From a bacterium (GTDB taxonomy: Bacteria > SAR324 > JACQKK01), in contig OZ252237.1 in NCBI GenBank assembly GCA_965249525.1, positions 836,443 through 900,442 on the forward strand: 64,000 nt of DNA. Reading direction: 5' to 3'. Under the pieces are notes generated by a model. That model was not told the origin of the DNA. It did not search any database and saw only the letters and a list, made by a program, of their open reading frames with translations. Numbering within the stretch: position 1 is the stretch's first letter; each line of letters begins with the position of its first letter. Both the position numbers and the translations under genes were made by a program. This document shows positions 46,383-55,220 of the stretch, piece by piece.

Positions 46383-48326
46383 TTATTGGTTGGCTTGCTG
46401 CTTATAGACTGCGCGGATGGCATCTATGGCTTCTTGATTGAGCAGTGAGGAGGTATCACCAAGGTCTTCTTCGGTGAGGGCAGCCCTCACAGCCCTGCGC
46501 ATGATTTTCATATTACGCGTTTTGGGAAGATCTTCTACCACCAGCACCAGATGCGGACGCATGGAACTGCCCAGAGTATTTTGAATGAAATTGGTCAATT
46601 CTTGCTTCAGCAAATCCGAATTGCCGGGAAGCGGAACACACACCATGCAGATCTTGGTTCCTTTGAGTTTATCTGGAATACCTACCACTGCCACTTCTTT
46701 GAGTTTGCCACTATTCATGGCAGCATTTTCAATTTCTGCGGGACCCATGCGTTTGCCCGCCACCTTCATGGTATCGTCTGAACGCCCGTGAAGAAACCAG
46801 TGCCCGTCTTCATCTCGGCTGGCATAGTCGCCATGCACCCATAAGCCTGGGATGCGCTCCCAATAGTTTTCCAGATAGCGTTCGGGATTATTCCACAGCC
46901 CGCGGGTTAGTCCCATGGGATGCCGCTTCAATACCAGTTCCCCACGCATGCCAACAGGAACAGGCTGCCCCGCTTCATCCACCACATCTGCCCCCATCCC
47001 AGGAATGGCGATGGAAAAAGACCCCACTTTTAGTGGATGGTGCAAATCACACAACAAAATAGAACCAGAGACTTCGGTGCCGCCAGCAGAATTCAAAATT
47101 GGCACACGGCGCTGCCCTACTACTTCAAATAGCCAGTTCCAAGCACGTTCTGTCCAGGGTTCTCCCCCGCTGATCACCATGCGCAGCCGAGAAAGATCGT
47201 GCTTTTTAACTTGATCTTCACCATAAGCCATCATTTGACGAATCAGTGCCGGTGCCAATTCTACAAAAGTCACCCCATGTTCTGCCATCAGCCGCCAATA
47301 GCGATCCGTGGTGGGATAATCTGGCAGTCCTTCAGCCAGCAGCAAAGAACCTCCATGCAGCGTTGGCAAGGTAGCCAGCTTAGAACCTACCATCCAGCCC
47401 ATGTCTGCCATGCAGAAATGGCGGTCACTCTCCCGAAAATCATTCAAAATGCCGTGATCTAAAGCCATCTTGACTACCAGCCCCACTTGGTCATACACAC
47501 AGCCCTTCGGTTTGCCTGTGGTGCCAGAAGTAAAATGCAGCACTGCAGGAGCTTCTGTTGGCATAGGTCGTGTGGGAAAATCCTCACGCCCGCTGGCTAA
47601 AAACTCTTCCCACCACACATCGCGACCTGTCTGCATGGGGCAAGAATCTCCCAAACGAGACACCACCACCTGTCGTATCTCCAACCCTTCCGCCGCTTGA
47701 TCTGCTGTCTTTTTCATCTCTATACGCTTCCCCCGACGCAATCCCCCATCCGCTGTGAACAATACCTTTGCTCCTGCCAATTCCAGCCGAGAACGCACCG
47801 CCTGCGGGCCAAATCCGGAAAACAACGGCATCACCACCGCCCCCAGGCGCACCACTCCAAAATATGCAATCAGTGCCTCTGGAATCAGCGGCAGGTACAA
47901 GCCACATACATCTCCCGCATCTATTCCCCATCTTTCCAATGCAGATGACACCCGACAACTTAGGCGGTCAAACTGCTGATAACTCAACCGCTGTAATTCA
48001 CCATCCTCACCCTCCCAAACCAGAAACTCTTTCTGATACACCTCTGTCCCCCGATGCCGATCCAGGCAGTTTAATGCCAAATTTGTTTCTCCTCCCACAC
48101 ACCACTTTACCCAAGGCAGCCCTTGGGAGTTATCCATCATCTGCTGATAGGGTTTAAAAAAACGAATGTCTGCAAACTGCAGTACTGCTTCCCAAAACCA
48201 TGCAGGCTGCCGATAGGCCCTTTCTGACAGCGACTCAAAATCTCGCTCACCCACTTCACGCAAAAATGCTGTCAGGTTGCTATTGGCAATCACTTCCCTA
48301 GAAGGCGTCCAGCGATATTTTTCCAT
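46383..48326 (-). CDS. acetyl/acetoacetyl-CoA-synthetase-like acyl-CoA ligase (ANL superfamily)
   Basis: 647 aa, with an ACS-like N-terminal region, HFTSGTTGKPKG, and a C-terminal ...GKRMGPAEIE...LPKTRNMKIMRR. Confidence 0.85.
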   Translation of the reverse strand: MEKYRWTPSREVIANSNLTAFLREVGERDFESLSERAYRQPAWFWEAVLQFADIRFFKPYQQMMDNSQGLPWVKWCVGGETNLALNCLDRHRGTEVYQKEFLVWEGEDGELQRLSYQQFDRLSCRVSSALERWGIDAGDVCGLYLPLIPEALIAYFGVVRLGAVVMPLFSGFGPQAVRSRLELAGAKVLFTADGGLRRGKRIEMKKTADQAAEGLEIRQVVVSRLGDSCPMQTGRDVWWEEFLASGREDFPTRPMPTEAPAVLHFTSGTTGKPKGCVYDQVGLVVKMALDHGILNDFRESDRHFCMADMGWMVGSKLATLPTLHGGSLLLAEGLPDYPTTDRYWRLMAEHGVTFVELAPALIRQMMAYGEDQVKKHDLSRLRMVISGGEPWTERAWNWLFEVVGQRRVPILNSAGGTEVSGSILLCDLHHPLKVGSFSIAIPGMGADVVDEAGQPVPVGMRGELVLKRHPMGLTRGLWNNPERYLENYWERIPGLWVHGDYASRDEDGHWFLHGRSDDTMKVAGKRMGPAEIENAAMNSGKLKEVAVVGIPDKLKGTKICMVCVPLPGNSDLLKQELTNFIQNTLGSSMRPHLVLVVEDLPKTRNMKIMRRAVRAALTEEDLGDTSSLLNQEAIDAIRAVYKQQANQ

Positions 48327-48425
48327 CGTTTTTTCTTAATAAAGCAGAGAGTTAAATTCATGCCGACAGCAATATCCGCCACCATTTAGCGTATGCTGGG
48401 ACAACTTAGGGCAAAGCGCAAGAAA

Positions 48426-48442
48426 GAATCCCTCCACCCCCA
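48426..48442 (+). other. fragment identical to the 3' end of tRNA-Pro (T-loop/acceptor 3' half)
   Basis: gaatccctccacccc at 48426-48440 is identical to 52904-52918 inside the tRNA-Pro gene. It marks the left end of duplicate copy A. Confidence 0.85.
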
Positions 48443-48588
48443 TTCATGGTAAAAACTTGGTTATTGTCGTAGGTTTTTATGGTAAACTACTATCACTATT
48501 ATCAATACTATCAATTTTATGCCAGATGGACAATGACACTATGCCAGTTTTCATATGACACAAAAAATGTTTTCAAGGAGATACAAAA

Positions 48589-50802
48589 ATGTTTTTAAGT
48601 AATAACTTTTTCAAGTTCAGGAGGTTGTTTGTGTTCGCTTTGCTGGGCATGCTAGGAACCATGTTAGCCAGCTGTGATGAAGCTTCTCAAGAAGATCAGG
48701 GAAACGTTTATTATGAGCGAGACCCAATACCTACCGCAGAAGACTTATTTTGTTCTAGTCCAAGTGAAGAGGATAAAGTAGCAGTTGAGCATTCCTTCAG
48801 TCCTGTTGACATAAGTACTGGCCACTTGTTTTTAAGTGCAGTACAACTTGCGGAAAAAGCAAAATTAACGGGTCTTGAGTCTGCTTCAATAGATTTAAGG
48901 GACAGCTCAAACGAGCTTTTTGAGTTAAGGAATAACAATGCTCTGCATATCAAAGATCAACAATCGTTTTTGACTAACATCCAAGAGAACCGTAGAGAAG
49001 CACTGCTTGTCTTGAAGGATTCTCAGGGTGAATACTGCCTGCTGCTGTCTTTGCAGCCTGAAAGCAGCTCCTCATCACCTGATGGGGATAGTTCCACCTC
49101 TGATGGCAGCCCCTCATCACCTGATGGGGATAGTTCCACCTCTGATGGCAGCCCCTCATCACCTGATGGGGATAGTTCCACCTCTGATGGCAGCCCCTCA
49201 TCACCTGATGGAGACAGCCAGGTTACCCTGTTGGCTGAACAGCCTGAGTTTCAATTGCCCTATGTTTGGTGGAATCGGGATAGTGGTAAGGCTCGCACCG
49301 TTTTTGCTGGCAATATTCCCCACATCAATTACATTGGAAAAGTGCTCACTCTGACAACAGATACCCCACTGAATTTTGAGCTTGTTTCTGTAAGCCCAGC
49401 GGCATGGGCAAACTTTTTCGGGATAAATGAAGAGACAGGAGCGCTTTATATTTCGGATCAATTTGCAGATTTAAGTAATGTATTTAATGTGGAAAAAGAC
49501 AAGTCATCCTATGGCTTATCACAATTGGATGCAGAGTATCAGAAAGAAGGCTTGCCTTTGCCTGAACAATTTGTGCTAACCGTCAATGTTAGCTTGCAAG
49601 ATGACAGCAACAGCGAGGAAACAACGCACATTACAGTGAAGATGCCTAAATTTGGCAATCCTGACTGCAGTATATTAGATTGGGATGCAGACCTAGAAGG
49701 TTGGACAGAGGAACAGGTGAGCACCTTTCAAAGGGGAATTTGCAAGCATCTAGATTATAAGGTCAGGCCCAGGGGGAAGGAGTTTATTACAGACCAGGCT
49801 ATTTTGAATACCCTGCCTGGCGGGCTTACACAGCCCAAGGCAAATTATCAGGTGATTTTTAGGGATGAATTTAATGAAGAAGGGGGAATTGAAAAATTAG
49901 ATCACCGTCTGTGGACCGCACGATATAGTCTAGCCTGCAACCAATTCAGGCAAGAGGGAGGGGTTATCCACTTGAGAGTAGCTGATGACTGCAGATCAGC
50001 TGATGCGAAAGGCAATCTCCATCGCCGTTATCCTTCAATAACCACAGCAGGTAAATTTGAATATAAATATGGCTATATAGAAGCCAGGTTTAATCGTGTT
50101 CCCATTACTGGTAGGGGAGTTAGTTTTTTTAGCAGCTGGGGGTCGCGTCCAGCTCTCTTTTCGAAGAGCTACCGTGATTTTATGTGTCGTGGCAATAATC
50201 CTCAAGCAAAGAGGATGCGCTGGCTAACCTCCAGGGGGGTGGAGATGCAGCATTTAGAATTTAGTAAGGGACCATCCGCCTGGTGGCTTCATCATCTGAT
50301 CGATCCTAAGAGAGCCCGCAATAAATGTCATACTTATTCAGATGGCAGGGGCAAAGGCATCCATTCTGGTCTTTGGTGGGCAACGCACAGTTTTGTAGTC
50401 TCGCAGGAGATTGTCATAGGTGTGGAGTGGACTCCCGCAGGATACAAGGGCTTTATCAATGGAGAACCTTACAAGGGTTGGGCTAGTATTGATCCTAATA
50501 TTAGAAAATTCTATGAATATGGATATTCTACTCCAACAAACACAGGAATTCTTGGGTATAAATTTACAGACATACCAAACTATAATGATGAAGACCCAGA
50601 CAATCCACCATGCAGCCAGTTAGGAGACTGTATCATTGACCGTACAGTAAGCCATGCCTATCAGGACATAGGCATCACCATGTCAGCGAACCCAGCCATA
50701 GGAGTTTCCTCTCAAAATTGGGAAGATTTTGCTGAAATAGACTATATTAGGGTATTTCAACCAGAAGATCAATACAGCGATGTGGAAAAAACATACAAGT
50801 GA
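48589..50802 (+). CDS. lipoprotein with Ser/Asp repeat linker and C-terminal GH16/ConA-like glucanase-lectin domain, paralog 1
   Basis: Lipobox LGTMLAS|CDE. (SSPDGDSSTSDGSP)n linker. Cadherin/Ig-like strings (FFGINEETGALYISD...LDAEY...FVLTVNV). GH16-like motifs VIFRDEFNEEG..W, YPSITTAGKFEYKYGYIEARFNRVP and C-terminal EIDYIRVFQ. AAGGAG lies 8 nt upstream of the ATG. Confidence 0.75.
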   Translation: MFLSNNFFKFRRLFVFALLGMLGTMLASCDEASQEDQGNVYYERDPIPTAEDLFCSSPSEEDKVAVEHSFSPVDISTGHLFLSAVQLAEKAKLTGLESASIDLRDSSNELFELRNNNALHIKDQQSFLTNIQENRREALLVLKDSQGEYCLLLSLQPESSSSSPDGDSSTSDGSPSSPDGDSSTSDGSPSSPDGDSSTSDGSPSSPDGDSQVTLLAEQPEFQLPYVWWNRDSGKARTVFAGNIPHINYIGKVLTLTTDTPLNFELVSVSPAAWANFFGINEETGALYISDQFADLSNVFNVEKDKSSYGLSQLDAEYQKEGLPLPEQFVLTVNVSLQDDSNSEETTHITVKMPKFGNPDCSILDWDADLEGWTEEQVSTFQRGICKHLDYKVRPRGKEFITDQAILNTLPGGLTQPKANYQVIFRDEFNEEGGIEKLDHRLWTARYSLACNQFRQEGGVIHLRVADDCRSADAKGNLHRRYPSITTAGKFEYKYGYIEARFNRVPITGRGVSFFSSWGSRPALFSKSYRDFMCRGNNPQAKRMRWLTSRGVEMQHLEFSKGPSAWWLHHLIDPKRARNKCHTYSDGRGKGIHSGLWWATHSFVVSQEIVIGVEWTPAGYKGFINGEPYKGWASIDPNIRKFYEYGYSTPTNTGILGYKFTDIPNYNDEDPDNPPCSQLGDCIIDRTVSHAYQDIGITMSANPAIGVSSQNWEDFAEIDYIRVFQPEDQYSDVEKTYK
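49072..49218 (+). repeat. 42-nt in-frame tandem repeat, 3 full units plus a partial one (SSPDGDSSTSDGSP)
   Basis: Units at 49072-49113, 49114-49155 and 49156-49197, with a partial unit to 49218. Read directly from the sequence. Confidence 0.9.
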
Positions 50803-50840
50803 TGGGGGTTCAGCTAGATGTTGTCATGCTGGGCTGGTCA

Positions 50841-51740
50841 TCAACCATGCTGGTACATTTCCAAGGCTTGTTTTACGGCGGCAACAGTTTCCAGTTCATG
50901 GGTGCGAATAATCTGCGTGCCGCCCATCAAGGCAAAGACTGCGAAAAAAGGTTCGGCTTGGCGACGATGGTTGTTGCCAAAGGCTTCGGGCGCATGGGGG
51001 AGGATATTCATCAGCGGCCAACCGAGGATGTGCAGCCGCCAAGTGTTGAGCAAGGTGTGCAGTTGGTGATGAACGCGCTGGGGCGAATCTTTAAGGTTGT
51101 CATAGTAGAAGCCTAAGCCGGGATCTAAGATGTGCTGTTGTACGCCGAGCTGTTGTGCCAATTGCAGGCGCTGCTGAAACCATTGTTGCATGGAGGCAAT
51201 CATGTCTGGCAAGAATTCAAAATTGCCCACTTGACGGACATGTTCTCCTTGTACATAGCAGTGAATGACAGCGGTTTGATGTTTGGCAGCCAAGCGATAG
51301 GCTTCCTTTTCTTCGACTGCGCCTGTGAGGTTAAAAATAGCGGCGCCTGCTTGGGCTGCTGCTTCCAGCACTTGAGGATAATAACTTTCTACCGATACCA
51401 ACAGGCCTTCTGCAGCTAAGGCTTTTATTACAGGCTGCAGACGTTCTATTTGTTCAGCAGGCGCAACACGCTTTGCCTGTCCAAGGGTGGATTCTGCCCC
51501 AATGTCTATCAGACGTGCCCCTTGCTGAGCCAGTTCACGACCACGGGCGATGGCAGCAGATGCCTCGGTACAGATACTTTCCTTGTAGGCAGAGTCTGGG
51601 GAAAGGTTGATCACTCCCATCAACAGGGGGCGTAGGAAAGTCAGCTGCTGTCCTCGTAGCTGGAAAGGATGAAAGGAGGGGCTGCTAGCTACTGGCTGAC
51701 GGTGCTGCATCAGTTTAGCAATGGCGACGAGATTCAGCAT
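50841..51740 (-). CDS. folP: dihydropteroate synthase
   Basis: LMGVINLSPDS...DIGAEST...AAIFN...HILDPGLGF... The start is uncertain (ATG 51740 or 51710; the track ORF extends to 51833). Confidence 0.85.
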   Translation of the reverse strand: MLNLVAIAKLMQHRQPVASSPSFHPFQLRGQQLTFLRPLLMGVINLSPDSAYKESICTEASAAIARGRELAQQGARLIDIGAESTLGQAKRVAPAEQIERLQPVIKALAAEGLLVSVESYYPQVLEAAAQAGAAIFNLTGAVEEKEAYRLAAKHQTAVIHCYVQGEHVRQVGNFEFLPDMIASMQQWFQQRLQLAQQLGVQQHILDPGLGFYYDNLKDSPQRVHHQLHTLLNTWRLHILGWPLMNILPHAPEAFGNNHRRQAEPFFAVFALMGGTQIIRTHELETVAAVKQALEMYQHG

Positions 51741-52020
51741 AGACTGTCTATTGGCTGGAAAATCCTGGGTTCTGCTGCTGTGCGACTGCCATCCGCTCAT
51801 TTGGTTTAGCAGTGTTTTGCACGCGCATTGCATAGATGGTCAAGCGTTCATGCCTGCAACATACCATGCTGTCGGATACATGCAGGTTGGTCTATCGGTC
51901 ACTAAAACCATTTCATTAGTAATGCAAGGACGCATTATCCAAGAAAGAAGCGCAAGGATGCAACACCAAGACGTACCAGTTAAGCAAAACCGCTTGGTAG
52001 GTACCAATTCAAGGTGAAGC

Positions 52021-52797
52021 ATGAAATCCACATTACCCTTTATTGCACCTATTAAACAACAGAACCCTTCTCCTTGCTGCAGGCATTACATGTGTCTGTT
52101 GATGTTGATAGTCTTAATTGTTTTGATGCTTTCAGCCTGTGCCCACCCTTTCCGCATGCCAGTGGGTGCTAAAGGTATGCAAAACAAACGATTCTCTCAT
52201 CAGGGAAGCATTAAAGACAACAACCCTTCTTTGTGGAATTCACGACACCCCCAAGTACGCAAATTCCGCCGCTATTACAACCGTACCATTACTGTGGAAA
52301 AATCCCTGAAACGCGCGCAACCCTATCTGCCTGCCATCGTAAAAGAATTCCGTCGCCGTGGGTTGCCGGAAGAATTGGCTTATCTTCCCATGCTTGAATC
52401 CACCTTCCTCAATAACGCTGACTCTGGAAACGCACTCGGCATGTGGCAGTTCACACGCCAAACCGCACAACACATGGGATTATATGTGGGCACCCTAGGA
52501 GATGATCGCCTCAACTGGAAAAAATCCACCATAGCTGCCGTTCGTTACCTGGAACAACTGGGAGAGCGCTTTAACTACCGCTGGGACCTCGCCCTTGCTG
52601 CTTACAACGGAGGCCCTAACTATCTAGAAAAAAACATCAAAAAATATCACTCCCACGATGTCTTCAACCTCAAACTCCGAAAAGAAACCTCCGAATACGT
52701 CCCCAAATTCATCGCCATGCTACAAGTCGCCAAACAGAAATACCCCCATCTTTACACCATAAGAAAAAAGAATCCCCTGCGACTCGTCGCACGTTGA
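52021..52797 (+). CDS. lytic murein transglycosylase (SLT domain) lipoprotein
   Basis: Lipobox-like VLMLSAC. SLT catalytic region LPMLESTF...GMWQFTRQTA...AAYNGGPNYL. Confidence 0.75.
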   Translation: MKSTLPFIAPIKQQNPSPCCRHYMCLLMLIVLIVLMLSACAHPFRMPVGAKGMQNKRFSHQGSIKDNNPSLWNSRHPQVRKFRRYYNRTITVEKSLKRAQPYLPAIVKEFRRRGLPEELAYLPMLESTFLNNADSGNALGMWQFTRQTAQHMGLYVGTLGDDRLNWKKSTIAAVRYLEQLGERFNYRWDLALAAYNGGPNYLEKNIKKYHSHDVFNLKLRKETSEYVPKFIAMLQVAKQKYPHLYTIRKKNPLRLVAR

Positions 52798-52846
52798 CCA
52801 CCACAAGCATGCTATATAATGCATGGAGACTGCTGTGTTATCATAA

Positions 52847-52920
52847 CGGGGTGTAGCGCAGTCTGGCAGCGCACCTGCTTTGGGAGCAGGGGGCCGGGGG
52901 TTCGAATCCCTCCACCCCGA
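52847..52920 (+). tRNA. tRNA-Pro (anticodon UGG)
   Basis: Manual cloverleaf: acceptor CGGGGTG/CACCCCG, D-stem GCGC/GCGC, anticodon stem CCTGC/GCAGG with loop TTTGGGA, T-arm GGGGG-TTCGAAT-CCCTC, discriminator A. CCA is not encoded. 74 nt. Confidence 0.9.
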
Positions 52921-53057
52921 TTTATGGTAAAAACTTGGTTATTGTCGTAGGTTTTTATGGTAAACTATTATCAATACTATCAATTTTATGCCAGATGGAC
53001 AATGACACTATGCCAGTTTTCATATGACACAAAAAATGTTTTCAAAGATATACAGAA

Positions 53058-55220
53058 GTGTTTTTAAGTAATAGCCTTTTCAAGTTCAGGAGGTTGTTTG
53101 TGTTCGCTTTGCTGGGCATGCTAGGAACCATGTTAGCCAGCTGTGATGAAGCTTCTCAAGAAGATCAGGGAAACGTTTATTATGAGCGAGACCCAATACC
53201 TACCGCACAAGGCTTATTTTGTTCTAGTCCAAGTGAAGAGGATAAAGTAGCAGTTGGGCATTCCTTCAGTCTTGTTGACATAAGTACTGGCCGCTTGTTT
53301 TTAAGTGCAAAACAACTTGCGGAAAAAGCAAAATTAACGGGTCTTGAGTCTGCTTCAATAGATTTAAGGGACAGCTCAAACGAGCTTTTTGAGTTAAGGA
53401 ATAACAATGTTCTGCATATCAAAGATAAACAATCGTTTTTGACTAACATCCAAGAGAACCGTAGAGAAGCACTGCTTGTCTTGAAGGATTCTCAGGATGA
53501 ATACTGCCTGCTGCTGTCTTTGCAGCCTGAAAGCAGCTCCTCATCACCTGATGGGGATAGTTCCACCTCTGATGGCAGCCCCTCATCACCTGATGGGGAT
53601 AGTTCCACCTCTGATGGCAGCCCCTCATCACCTGATGGAGACAGCCAGGTTACCCTGTTGGCTGAACAGCCTGAGTTTCAATTGCCCTATGTTTGGTGGA
53701 ATCAGGATAGTGGTAAGGCTCGCACCGTTTTTGCTGGCAATATTCCCCACATCAATTACATTGGAAAAGTGCTCACTCTGACAATAGATACCCCACTGAA
53801 TTTTGAGCTTGTTTCTGTAAGCCCAGCGGCATGGGCAAACTTTTTCGGGATAAATGAAGAGACAGGAGCGCTTTATATTTCGGATCAATTTGCAGATTTA
53901 AGTAATGTATTTAATGTGGAAAAAGACAAGTCATCCTATGGCTTATCACAATTGGATGCAGAGTATCAGAAAGAAGGCTTGCCTTTGCCTGAACAATTTG
54001 TGCTAACCGTCAATGTTAGCTTGCAAGATGACAGCAACAGCGAGGAAACAACGCACATTACAGTGAAGATGCCTAAATTTGGCAATCCTGACTGCAGTAT
54101 ATTAGATTGGGATGCAGACCTAGAAGGTTGGACAGAGGAACAGGTGAGCACCTTTCAAAGGGGAATTTGCAAGCATCTAGATTATAAGGTCAGGCCCAGG
54201 GGGAAGGAGTTTATTACAGACCAGGCTATTTTGAATACCCTGCCTGGCGGGCTTACACAGCCCAAGGCAAATTATCAGGTGATTTTTAGGGATGAATTTA
54301 ATGAAGAAGGGGGAATTGAAAAATTAGATCACCGTCTGTGGACCGCACGATATAGTCTAGCCTGCAACCAATTCAGGCAAGAGGGAGGGGTTATCCACTT
54401 GAGAGTAGCTGATGACTGCAGATCAGCTGATGCGAAAGGCAATAACTATCGCCGTTATCCTTCAATAACCACAGCAGGTAAATTTGAATATAAATATGGC
54501 TATATAGAAGCCAGGTTTAATCGTGTTCCCATTACTGGTAGGGGAGTTAGTTTTTTTAGCAGCTGGGGGTCGCGTCCAGCTCTCTTTTCGAAGAGCTACC
54601 GTGATTTTATGTGTCGTGGCAATAATCCTCAAGCAAAGAGGATGCGCTGGCTAACCTCCAGGGGGGTGGAGATGGAGTATTTAGAAATTAGTAAGGGACG
54701 ATTCGCCTGGTGGGTTTATCATCTGATCGATCCTAAGAGAGCCCACTCTAACTGTCATACTTATTCAGATGGCAGGGGCAAAGGCATCCATTCTGGTCTT
54801 TGGTGGGCTACTCACGATTTTAGACTATTATCGCGGCAGATTGTCATAGGTGTGGAGTGGACTCCCGCAGGATACAAAGGCTTTATCAATGGAGAACCTT
54901 ACAGGGGTTATAGCAAAGGCATCGGAGAATTTCGGGAATATGGATATTCTACCGAAACTAACACAAGAATTGGTGGGTTTGAATTTACAAGGATACCAGG
55001 AGCACCCTCGCATGTGCGCTCAACATCATGCAACCCATCAGGAGTCTGTATCATTGACCGTACAGTAAGCCATGCCTATCAGAACATAGGCATCACCATG
55101 TCAGCGAACCCAAACATAGGAGTTTCCTCTCAAAATTGGCAAGATTTTGCTGAAATAGACTATATTAGGGTATTTCAACCAGAAGATCAATACAGGGGTG
55201 TGGAAAAAACATACAAGTGA
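53058..55220 (+). CDS. lipoprotein with Ser/Asp repeat linker and GH16/ConA-like domain, paralog 2
   Basis: Same architecture as 48589-50802, but with a GTG start, and the AAGGAG of copy 1 is AAAGAT here. 720 aa. Confidence 0.7.
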   Translation: MFLSNSLFKFRRLFVFALLGMLGTMLASCDEASQEDQGNVYYERDPIPTAQGLFCSSPSEEDKVAVGHSFSLVDISTGRLFLSAKQLAEKAKLTGLESASIDLRDSSNELFELRNNNVLHIKDKQSFLTNIQENRREALLVLKDSQDEYCLLLSLQPESSSSSPDGDSSTSDGSPSSPDGDSSTSDGSPSSPDGDSQVTLLAEQPEFQLPYVWWNQDSGKARTVFAGNIPHINYIGKVLTLTIDTPLNFELVSVSPAAWANFFGINEETGALYISDQFADLSNVFNVEKDKSSYGLSQLDAEYQKEGLPLPEQFVLTVNVSLQDDSNSEETTHITVKMPKFGNPDCSILDWDADLEGWTEEQVSTFQRGICKHLDYKVRPRGKEFITDQAILNTLPGGLTQPKANYQVIFRDEFNEEGGIEKLDHRLWTARYSLACNQFRQEGGVIHLRVADDCRSADAKGNNYRRYPSITTAGKFEYKYGYIEARFNRVPITGRGVSFFSSWGSRPALFSKSYRDFMCRGNNPQAKRMRWLTSRGVEMEYLEISKGRFAWWVYHLIDPKRAHSNCHTYSDGRGKGIHSGLWWATHDFRLLSRQIVIGVEWTPAGYKGFINGEPYRGYSKGIGEFREYGYSTETNTRIGGFEFTRIPGAPSHVRSTSCNPSGVCIIDRTVSHAYQNIGITMSANPNIGVSSQNWQDFAEIDYIRVFQPEDQYRGVEKTYK
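53541..53645 (+). repeat. 42-nt in-frame tandem repeat, 2 full units plus a partial one
   Basis: Units at 53541-53582 and 53583-53624, with a partial unit to 53645. One unit fewer than in copy 1. Confidence 0.9.

Larger units (their letters stand above)
48426..50829 (+). repeat. segmental duplication, copy A (~2.40 kb)
   Basis: Collinear with 52904-55247: shared 5' leader, lipoprotein ORF and ~27 nt after the stop. The length difference comes from a 9-nt leader indel, one 42-nt VNTR unit and a 9-nt indel near the 3' end. Confidence 0.9.

Noticed and set aside
44321-48326. Calling the trio menE-menB-menC outright
   Set aside because: The ligase size and N-terminus are ACS-like. The crotonase lacks the MenB-specific loop and is BadI-sized. 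No other men genes are adjacent. I kept it as an open question rather than an annotation.
49072-49218. CRISPR-like array
   Set aside because: The 42-nt units are contiguous with no spacers, in frame, and encode a Ser/Asp-rich linker. The 13-nt repeat at 55284-55329 also lacks spacers. No cas genes are present.
48589-55220. Diversity-generating retroelement (TR/VR pair) as the cause of the paralog differences
   Set aside because: The substitutions are not adenine-specific: they include a/g, t/c, g/c, c/t, c/a and g/a in both directions. No reverse transcriptase or accessory gene is in the window, and both copies are full-length ORFs rather than a short template repeat.
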